Shown: piece after piece, positions 54,238 to 64,000 of the stretch
How positions within the stretch are numbered: the first letter of the stretch is position 1
Layout: each line of letters starts with the position of its first letter
Assembly (NCBI GenBank): GCA_001599295.1
Contig: BCGN01000003.1
Coordinates: forward strand, 1,550,001-1,614,000
Length of the DNA: 64,000 bases
From: Sporopachydermia quercuum
Lineage: Eukaryota
Direction: 5' to 3'
Notes under the pieces: model-generated
Told to the model about the DNA's origin: nothing
The model's input: only the letters and a program-made list of their open reading frames with translations
Database searches by the model: none
Position numbers and translations under genes: made by a program

Positions 54238-57111
54238 ATGTTCTCTTTCAAAGGCTGTAAGTATAATTTCTCGGAAAATGCTCACATTCTTGCTCGCCGC
54301 TAACATTCAATAGTTAAATCTGGTATAGCTGCCAACTATTCTTCATCTTCTCAGCCAAATTTTTACTGTGGACCTTGGGCCGTGCATACGGGAAAGAAAA
54401 GAGGATCAAGCGATGAAAAAGGAAAAGTTTCAGTGTTTGTTTTCGACAAACGGAAACTGGAAGCCTCTTTAACCAAATCAGCTCTTCCGAAATCCACGGC
54501 GGAAGACGTTTACTCTGTGCTTCGGAAACAGGTCTCCTCTTTAGCCAAACTACGTCATCCTTCTATCTTAGAGCTAATTGAACCTTTACAGGAGTCAAAA
54601 TCAACAATGACATTTGTTACAGAACAAGTGATCACCACAGGGACAATCCTTATTGAAAATAATCATAAAAACGTGCCAAAACTCCAGGGAAATTCGTCTT
54701 TTTATTCTACTGGCATTTCTTCCATCGCCAACGATAGCACATCATCTTTAGACGATAGCGGCAGCATAAATTCTACATATTCGTCCTCAAATACTACAAA
54801 ATCCTCACAATTAGACCTTGATGACCTAATAATCCAAAAGGGTTTACTCCAATTATGTACTGCCCTGGAATTTTTGCATAATAGTGCTGGAATCGTACAT
54901 CTGAACCTAACCCCATCGTCAATAGTGATAAACACCAAAGGAGACTGGAAACTCTCAGGATTGCAGTTCATTGAGACCTTCAAAGACAAACCTTCAAGCT
55001 TTGAATATTTCATTGATCAGTTTGATTCCCGGCTTCCTAATTTCGTTAATATGAACTACAATTTCACTGCTCCTGAACTGCTTATTTCTCATCAACTATC
55101 GCCATTCAATGATATCTTTGGTTTAGGCTGTTTGATTCTTGCCTTTTATACAGGATCTTCGCCAATATCCTGCGGGAACAACCTACAAGCATATAAAAGT
55201 CAAGTGTCGCGGATATTGAATCTTCCTCACTTGGAAGCAAAACTGCCGAATCATCTAAGAACTATTCTACCTTATTTATTAACCTCAGACCCTAACAATA
55301 GATGGTCAATTCAACAGTTTGAATCATCTGCTTATTTTGACAATATGCTGATAAAAGCTATCAAATTCATTGATGATTTCCCTACAAAGTCTTTGATTGA
55401 GCAGTTGACATTCATGAAAGGTCTTTCTAAACTGCTGCCTGAATTCCCAGTGCAGATTCTTACTAAGAAGATTCTTCCGACGTTAATTGATTTATCTACA
55501 ATGACACTCAACGGAGTGAACACCAATGAATATGCCAAAGTTTCTGGTGACATTTCCAAGTTGATAGGCGCAATGGTTTTGAATATATTGTTGATAGGCA
55601 AGAAGCTTTCCCAGTTGACGTTTCAGGAGCAGATTTTACCAGTTTTGAAGAAGCTAAGTCCCATTGGGATGGTGCAGATAATAATGTTTGACAAGCTTGA
55701 TATTATAGCCGATCGGCTTAACGGAAAGGATTTCAAGGATATTGTATTACCTGTTTTTGATTTGGTGGTGGGAGGTGGGCAAAGCGGAAGTCCCACTGGA
55801 AATTCCTTGCAGCCCCAAGCGGTTGGAGCTGCTCCACATTCCCCTTATCTTCCGCAAGGTGCAGAACCGGTTAATCTGTCTCAAGCTGTAATTCAGGAAA
55901 AAGCCCTTCTTGCGACANCTAAATTAACTTCTAAATTAGACTTCCCGACCTTGAAAAACGAAATCTTTCCCAAAATAGCAATCTGTTTCCAAAAGACAAC
56001 AAGTCTTTCGGTAAAAGTAGCCGCTCTTAAAGCGTTCCATGTGTTAATCTCTTGCGGGGGGATAGATAAGTTCACTATTCAAGAGAAGCTTTTACCCGTT
56101 TTGGCGGGGATGAAGACTAAGGACCAAACGGTGCTATTGGCCTGCTTGCCCGTATTTGAGATGATATCTTTACCTAATGAGAGCAAATCTACTATAGAAT
56201 TGGAGTTAGTAGCCACGACGGTTATTCCGCAGTTGTGGGGTCAACTAGTTGGCGGCACTCTTGATCACCGGGGATTTCAGTTGTTTATGAAGACGATTCG
56301 GCTCATTGAGACGCGGGTTGAGACGGAGATGTTTGAACGAGCGGGAGGAGTCGGAACTGGAATTGCGGGAGTCGGCGGAGTCGGCGGAGTCGGCGGGGTT
56401 GGCGGGGTAAGTGGTACAATAGAAAAGCCAGCATCAAACTCCACCGATCAGTTTGAAACTCTAATGACTAGTAAGAAACAATCAGCAAGCCCTCTAGCAT
56501 TTAGCAGTGTCGCCCCGGACTCCCCACAANCCGACTTTCTGGATAAACCGGCAACCCCTGTTAACCCAGTGAAAGTATCTTCGTTGAGTTTAAAGCCGAC
56601 CAGCAAAAAATCGCCATTTGATTCAGCTTTGGCTCCGAATAGAATCAGCAATAGAAGCAAAACAACGAGAGGATTTAGCAATAATAGCATGAATAATACT
56701 ACGACTATCAATTTCAACAATAGCGTTATTGATGATGATGGATTTGATGATTTCCAGAGCTCAGTAAATACAATTCCGCCTATTAGCGTTATCAATAGTG
56801 GTAGTAATACTAGTAATTCCGTTGTTAATGGGAACCCAGTTATTGACTGGACAAGCGAAATCAAGAAAAAGAGCATCACCAGTAACAATAGCAATGGCAA
56901 TAGGCATAGTGATACTAGAAATAGTATTAGTATGAATAATAATAGTATGAACTCAACCATGAATACTAATTCTAATATTGTTCTGCCTCCTGGGTTTTCA
57001 TTACAGCCATTGCAACCAACGCCTCATTCACAGCATAAGAACAATAATACTAGCAATGCCAATAATGGCGGTACTGCTAGCAATTATTCATTCTCCGGTA
57101 GCTTGATTTAA
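54238..57111 (+). CDS. SCY1: SCY1-family pseudokinase with HEAT repeats, 2 exons
   Basis: Exon 1 54238-54256 (MFSFKG+T); intron 54257-54313 (GTAAGT..CGCTAAC..TAG); exon 2 in frame with VSVFVFDK, LAKLRHPSIL, HLNLTP, GDWKLSGL. Confidence 0.9.
56341..56409 (+). repeat. 9-bp repeat (ggagtcggc) encoding GGV in SCY1
   Basis: ggagtcggcggagtcggcggagtcggcggggttggcggggta plus an upstream degenerate unit. Confidence 0.85.
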
Positions 57112-60100
57112 TCAAACAGAAGAACAAAGAACAAACTTGCATTTTATAGAACTTTTTCAATCGATTGTCAGTTTCAGGGACTCTTTTACTGTAAACTACG
57201 AAAGTACAGTTCATCTTTAATAATAAAAAAATCTGATAATGAATGAATTATGGATAGTATATTACTGTCGAATATAAAGCTAACCATTTTTCAATTATTT
57301 CCGGAGGCACACTTAGTTTATCTCCAGCTTCAGGGTATCTTCAAAGTATAGAATAATCGATGACTGGAACATCCCCCAATGAATTTATAAATGTTCAATA
57401 AGGACAGCTACAACAATAACAAATGACAGCAATAATAATAGCAGTAACAATAAAGAAACATTAACTGATTCGACAAATCAAATCATCAAAATCTAATAAA
57501 ATAGAAATACTGAGATTTCTGATTCGTTTGACTCAATAACAACAACGATCATAAGAGTGTTCTTATTAACAAACCATCCGTAATGAAGACCTGAATGTAC
57601 CTTTACCTTTTGAGAAAAGTTTCTAGGGATTGGATTGTTTGATTCAGTTGAATTACTCCAGATACGACTCATTAAGTGCTTGAGGCTTTCGAGAACATTC
57701 CCTGTAAAACAGGTAAACGACTAGTTCAAGTTCAAGGTATTTCTAGGCTGCAGCATATTCTTTACACATTCATAACTTACAAATACTTTATTAGATATAT
57801 TCCTATTTTCCTCCTTTTGGCCTGGGACCCTAGATTTGCATTGGCTATTCTGGGGTCATCTCAAATAGCTCTTGTCCGTATTTCTATGGTTCCCTTTTAG
57901 CATAGTGGCCCATAACCTATTCGTGCATGGCCAGCTTGCTAATCAAATTGATAGGTTAGAATCAATGGGAATATCAAATGCGAATTATTCAAATCATATG
58001 GCTAATGGAAGAACAATGATTGGTATGAATTATGAGTGATTATAACTCACATCGAATATAAATGCTCACTTCCGATGGAAACTGCAGCTATCTACCATAG
58101 AAACTGGAAGGACTTGTCATAACCGTAATAGACACATCGGCAGCCAACAGCAGTAGAATGCAGAACGGGAATAGTGATCGAGTCCGTCTCAAGTTTCAAC
58201 GTTTAGAACCTGTGGAGAATATTTATTTCTTGCGGTAGACAGCCTACAAAAAGGTCAGTTGGTTAAGTGATCAACGGTATAACAATTTAGCATACTATAT
58301 CTTGTCACACATTTATAGCATTCTCATTGTAGTAGTAGCATATGATTACATTTCATAATCCTATGTCCTAATGCAACATATCACATATAGATGATATGGT
58401 TATCAATTAAGTTGAAACAGTTAGCTCGAAGAATATTACATAAGCACTTATGAACAAATGGGAATATTCATCCATCATTTGAATGTCCATCAAATGATAA
58501 AACATTGCGCTTGCGTGTTTCATGATTTCAAATCTCTGACTGACTAAAAAGCCTGGTGCAGTTAAATTTAGTGCGCCAAATTTATCGGTATGAAACAGCT
58601 GAAGTCCCATTGATCTGCAACNCGCCTATTATTGTTGTTATTGTTCTCAATTACAACCGGATAAACAGCCGATACCAGCCGTTCTTTCTTCTTTTCTGTC
58701 AAATGATATGCATTTGTTATATCTGATAGATCACCCAGCAATGTTGTGATTGTCTTCATAGTGTGCTTTATAGTTGACGGAAAACACAGATCAAAAAAGG
58801 ACTGAAGGCCCAAAAAAGCCCAAGAAAAAGCTATAGAAGAGTACTAATATAAATCATGGAATTCCCGAGAATTGAACTCTGTGGAAGAATAAATTAATTG
58901 GTTTTAAAGGCATGAAAAGTCTGAAGATGTCTCTTCTCTTTGGTAATACCAGATTATCAAAACTTAAAATAACATTTAATACTAAACTCAATTCCAGCAT
59001 CCAAATGAGAAATTATTCCATTAGCGTTTGGGTTTGAGTCTTTTAGCTAAAATTTAATCATAAAGTTTTACTACCCCATCTCTCATTCTTCAGCTAAATG
59101 CCGATATGTTAGATGTTTACTATCTATCAAATGAGTTGAATAGGAAAGGAAATCTTCAAAAAATAAAGAGATATCTTCTGAGAGATTTTCCATACAAAGA
59201 TCTACTTCTGTTTCTAGCTTCCAGTTGTGGTATCGTCTTGTAAGCTGTAAGTTGACTTATACGGAGCCACGAATATGTATATATTCTTGGTAGCTATTAA
59301 CTAGCCAATTATTTATATCTACCAATTAGAAACTCTCAGGACAAACACTAGTTCAGCTAATAAATAAAGAAAATCATGGCATTTTATAGTACTCATGTCT
59401 TGACACTAGGCAGTAATATCACTAGTAAGAAGAATATGATGCAAATACTTACTGGAATGAATCTAGAGCCCCTGTAATCGATTGCCCCCCTTNGCTGAAA
59501 ATAAATAAATTGAGTAGTTGTGATTAATCATGCTTTTGACAAAAGGTGTAATAAGCATGATTATTTTTTTGTAGAGTGAGAAGGTTTGTATCCAATAGTG
59601 AGATGGAGATTGCTTACCAACAGTAATTATTAATACAGTTGTTACGTATGGTACAACCATCAAACTAATACAAGAGTAATCCATTGAAGCAGACAAATAA
59701 GTNAAACAAGATTTTAAATGCTTAGTTGCTACCAATTTACTATCACTTAATAANGCGTTTATTTCTATGANTGTTAATCAATTTATCTTCACATAGGCTA
59801 CAGTACTTTGTTATCACATGCATTGACTATGATCGATACTCACTAGTTAATTCCACTGAAAAAACTCAAATATATTTGAGGAGACAGCTAAATTGGAGAA
59901 TTGCATAGTCAGATTTATTTATCGTCTGAGTTTATAAAAATCCTCTCTTTAAAGCATCATTTACTGCAAAGTTATTCTCTCGAATCGTTTTTTAGCTAGA
60001 AACAATAGAAATGAAATGAGCTTTACCGAATTTGTCTGATCATCTCAGAGTTTAAAATATGAAACCCAACTTTAAACGGTAACCACAAGAAGTTAACTAA

Positions 60101-60770
60101 TTTATCTGAAATCTTCCTAGTAATAAAGTTTATCTTGCATTTAAACTTGCAAATCTGGTAAGTACCCCATTAACTCAATTGCCATCTCATTCATTCCAAT
60201 AGTGCATTTCACCACTTTCCTTATTACTGTTTCTTTTTGGATTTATTCCTTTATTATCAGATAAATAGGTAAACAGGCAGCTTTAGAACAGAGAATTCAA
60301 ATTAACCGCCTCAATTGACAGCGTTGCAATATATTTCTTCCAGTGTTTCGTTCCTGGAAACAGTNACACTTCAATCATTTTACCAGTGGAAGCACTCGCT
60401 ACAGTAAAAGAGATAGTAGTATGCTTTAAATTGTTTAGTTATCTATTGATACTACATTATTATTGTTGTTTAAACAAGCTCGTAGAACATTGCCAATACT
60501 TCTGCCAGTTTCTTTTTTCATTTGATACTGCNGCAGTAATCTGGTAAAGTATTCAGTTGTTCAGTATTTGACTTGCCTGTTCGAAATTCATAACAGAGCA
60601 TTCACCACTAACTAAATTGAANCACCGAGGAAAGCAATAAAGGAATTGATATTTTAATTTTTGAAGGAAACAAACCAGGCATCCAAACAGATAAAAAAGN
60701 GTCAACGTCTTCAACAAAATCTTTTCTCAGAGTTCAAAGTCTCCTTGCTCTTCATCCAATCTTCACGAGA

Positions 60771-62588
60771 ATGACTGCTATCATCAGCCAAGTTATAAAC
60801 GCAAATTCCANCCATCATGAAGATCCAAATGTCATACCTTCAGATCACATTTCTATGCCGCTGAATGCAATAGCAACCAATTCCAATAAACCAAGCAGCA
60901 ACGCCTGCACCATCAGCAACAACGATATCAATACCTCTGTTAATACTTACAATATTGCTTCAAGAACGTCTGAAAATCTACGGCTTAAAATCAAACAAGC
61001 CCAACAGGAAACAAGAATTATCCTGTTACAACTGAAAAAACTGCAACAAAGATGCCAAGACGAAACATTATCTCAAACCAGCAAAGGTATCACCAGCTTA
61101 CCGAACAATACTACTTTTATCAACCCTACAACATTNAAAGGTCATTCAGGAAAAGTGTTTGGTTTGACCTGGGGCAGAGATTCACAGCATTTACTTACAA
61201 CTGGTCAGGATGGGTTACTGATAGTATGGGATAGCTTCCATAATCTGAAAGTAAACGCTTTCCAAATGACATCAAACTGGGGACTATGCTCCGATTATAG
61301 TCCTTCGATGAACTACGCTGCAGTAGGCGGATTGGATAACCAATGTGCCATTTATGTATTAAGCAAAGGTTATTATTTTGATAATGAGGATCCAGCAGCA
61401 GCTCCAAAGGCCGTTTTGAAAGGTTCAAGACTTTATATCTCTGGCTGCAAATTTGTTAACGATAACTATATTCTNACAACTTCCGGTGACATGACTTGTA
61501 AACTATGGGATATCAACAGAANTGACTGTCTCTCTACTTTCCATGAACATCTGGGCGATGTTTTAAGCTTGGATATTCAACGAACAGTTTCAAATCAATC
61601 TTATGATCCTAACGCAAGCAGTGCTATTTTCGCTACTGGTTGTTGCGATGGATTTGTTAGAATTTGGGATACAAGAGTCAGGAGACCAGTTCAGAAGTTC
61701 AACTTGAATTCTGGTGCTTNTGCTGGTAGTAATAGTAATAGTAGCAATGGTTCTAGGACAAGATTTAGTACAGTGGATATATTTGATATGGGTTTTGAAG
61801 CTACGAGTGTCGATTTTATCAAGAATGACCCAAATGTGCTGAAGTTTTTCCCCAATGGTGAAGCAATTACTGTTGGATGTGAAAACGGAGTTGTTAGAAT
61901 GTTTGATTTGAAAGCCGATTGTGAGATCGCAACTTACAAGTTGCCTAATAATTATCTCAGGANCTATCCGCAATTTGATGAATTACCATTGACTGAAAGT
62001 TCATTGGGCTCATTAGGAATTCGTCGTCCTGGGGTAGATTTCAATCAAGATAGTAGGGCTGAAAGTCGGACAAACAGTAATGGAATNAGCAAACATGAGG
62101 AACCGTTTGATGAAACTGATTATAATTATGAATATGAGAAGTCTGCTAGGAATGGCAATTATAAAAATAGTAGTAGCAATGTTAATACTGTTATTAAAGA
62201 AGANTACACTTATGGTGAGAATATCTATGATGATTATGACAACTACAACTATAATAACAATAATCAATCATATGATCAGTTTAATCCATTGAAATTGAAT
62301 CGTCCGCCTTCGCAAAGCTATTCAATTGGCTCTTCTATGGTCCCGAGCTCTGATATGGGCTCAGTTACTTCAATGTCCTTCTCAACATCAGGAAGACTGT
62401 TATTTGTTAACTATAAAGATACTGGAACCTTTGTATGGGACACTTTAAAAGGTGAGATTGCTACTAAATTGAAAGGTCCTCCTGGGTCNTTNGACTTGGT
62501 TACTTGTAGTCCAAATGGTATGGCTATTGCTTCTACACACAATGACTCTGATATAAAGATATGGACACCACCGCCAGGAGTTGAATAA
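60771..62588 (+). CDS. STE4: Heterotrimeric G-protein beta subunit (pheromone pathway), divergent
   Basis: N-terminal coiled coil; WD40s KGHSGKV, QDGLLIVWD, GGLDNQCAIY, TSGDMTCKLWD, EHLGDVLSL, RMFDLKADCEI, FSTSGRLLF. Confidence 0.9.
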   Translation: MTAIISQVINANSXHHEDPNVIPSDHISMPLNAIATNSNKPSSNACTISNNDINTSVNTYNIASRTSENLRLKIKQAQQETRIILLQLKKLQQRCQDETLSQTSKGITSLPNNTTFINPTTXKGHSGKVFGLTWGRDSQHLLTTGQDGLLIVWDSFHNLKVNAFQMTSNWGLCSDYSPSMNYAAVGGLDNQCAIYVLSKGYYFDNEDPAAAPKAVLKGSRLYISGCKFVNDNYIXTTSGDMTCKLWDINRXDCLSTFHEHLGDVLSLDIQRTVSNQSYDPNASSAIFATGCCDGFVRIWDTRVRRPVQKFNLNSGAXAGSNSNSSNGSRTRFSTVDIFDMGFEATSVDFIKNDPNVLKFFPNGEAITVGCENGVVRMFDLKADCEIATYKLPNNYLRXYPQFDELPLTESSLGSLGIRRPGVDFNQDSRAESRTNSNGXSKHEEPFDETDYNYEYEKSARNGNYKNSSSNVNTVIKEXYTYGENIYDDYDNYNYNNNNQSYDQFNPLKLNRPPSQSYSIGSSMVPSSDMGSVTSMSFSTSGRLLFVNYKDTGTFVWDTLKGEIATKLKGPPGXXDLVTCSPNGMAIASTHNDSDIKIWTPPPGVE

Positions 62589-63876
62589 GGTGAGTAGGCA
62601 ATGCTAAGGAAATAAGAAGCTGAAACAAGGGTTATTAGAAAATCTGGAAGAAGCTTTAGGAGAATTGATAGGTATACAAATAGGAAGATTAGTAGGAAAG
62701 TAAGAAGAAAGTATGCAGAAAGGAACATTAGTATGAGAAGTTGTATACATTTGATAGAGATATTACTCTCAATATTCTAGAATCCAATGAGCAAACAAAT
62801 AAATGAATCAATAAATGAATCAATATCAGTCGATATTTAGCAAATATCAGTTGAATCATTAAATCACACTAGTACCGGAGAATCAAATAACTAGCTCTTC
62901 TTAGTATTTTCACGAGCTTCAAAAACAAGAGAAATATCAATTTTGTTAGTTTCTAAAAGATCGTAGTATTAATTTAAATCCAGCAAGAGATCTACCATCA
63001 GCTAACTAACTTGATTCATCATNGGCAATATCAGTTATGTCATTAGATAACTGACGGAATATTGCAGATGGCGATTATATTATTTTCATTATTGTTAAAA
63101 CAAATACTACTTGTGAAGAGGTTCATATATATTGATCAATAGCTTGGCGATCATATCACAGGTATCTAGTGAGGAAATGTTTAGTATGAAACATTTATTT
63201 ATCTTAATAGTATTCTAGTAGCTAATAATAACTCAACCACATTGGAGAGTCTAATTACAAGAACATTAAATAAAGAGTACTAGTGATTGTAACAGCGAGG
63301 CCTATCGTTTTATTCTTAATTTCTTTTTTGAAAGATATCTACTGATAACTAGACAGATGGATGAAATTTATAAGGCAGGAGANAATTATATAAATTAAAA
63401 GATTAAGAAAACTGATCTGAGTCAATATTGTTTTAAATGGTTAATTTCTTAGAATATGGTGATATAATTTTCTAATCAGCTAAAGCAACGTCTAATTCTT
63501 AGCATGACAGAGAAAGTGTAATTGACTGATTGATTATTTGTCGATTGAATAGTGAATTTATGAGAAACTGTTAGTAATGGCTATAATCTTATCATTCTTT
63601 CGCAATAATCTCAATACGTTCGATCGGTCGTAAGCAACCAGAGTTGAATAAATCCTTTTTATTATTTCAAACATCAACTATCACAGTAATACTACATATA
63701 CAACTAATTTCTTCCCGTTGCCTTCAACCAATAAATTTTAAAAGCACACTTTAATCTAACCGACACTTCATTCATTTATTCCAAAAGCATTCGGTATATT
63801 GCTAACACGTGGCTATTCTTCTCTTCGAACTATCATTGGCACTGTCTCTTCATAGTTTACTTTTTCATTCATGTCT

Positions 63877-64000
63877 TTATTTCGCTCGTTTGCTCACATA
63901 ATCCCATAAACTTCTCAAAAGGCCATCAGGAAGTGTAAGCAAATCCATATGGAACTCTCCTTCTTCAATATCATTTTTGATATTCATCTCAGGTGTTTTA
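63877..64000 (-). CDS. TAF14: 3' end of Taf14 (ET domain), gene enters from the right edge
   Basis: Hand translation KTPEMNIKNDIEEGEFHMDLLTLPDGLLRSLWDYVSKRAK*, closely resembling the Taf14 C-terminus; stop at 63879-63877; absent from the ORF track. Confidence 0.88.
   Translation of the reverse strand, partial: KTPEMNIKNDIEEGEFHMDLLTLPDGLLRSLWDYVSKRAK

Noticed and set aside
58516..58597. Two Ste12 PRE matches (TGTTTCA, TGAAACA) upstream of STE4
   Set aside because: About 2.2 kb from the ATG, and this AT-rich 7-mer occurs elsewhere in the window by chance
174..62728. Numerous short ORFs in the track (antisense or nested in ARH1, DUS3, RAD4, NHA1, RRN6, NCP1, HSF1, SCY1, STE4, and 60-115-aa intergenic ORFs)
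   Set aside because: Shadow frames of real genes or chance ORFs, often with non-ATG starts and no recognisable motifs

Overview
Gene-dense, AT-rich budding-yeast (Saccharomycotina) nuclear DNA. It uses the standard code (CTG at conserved Leu positions) and is probably a heterozygous diploid assembly (scattered single n bases). Gene order: partial unknown gene, VPS71, ARH1, ATP17, a 447-aa orphan, DUS3, YET3-like, RAD4, NHA1, MPC2/3, RPL8, CWH41, RRN6, NSE3, NCP1, RPL7, HSF1, a MINDY DUB (MIY1/2), SCY1, STE4 and the 3' end of TAF14. Six genes are spliced; I reconstructed 9 introns by hand, with degenerate branch points and a 15-nt microexon in MPC2. Non-coding highlights: (1) a 262-bp PIF/Harbinger (Tourist)-like MITE with ~62-bp TIRs and a TAA target-site duplication at 12003-12264; (2) a box C/D snoRNA in RPL7 intron 2 whose guide register points to 25S G805 (snR39B type) rather than A807; (3) an unannotated multi-hairpin segment (~49765-50170) preceded by the same Homol-D + Tbf1 motif pair as RPL8, a candidate hidden ncRNA gene. 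No tRNA, rRNA, CRISPR or autonomous transposon was found. All homology calls are from recognition, not database searches.
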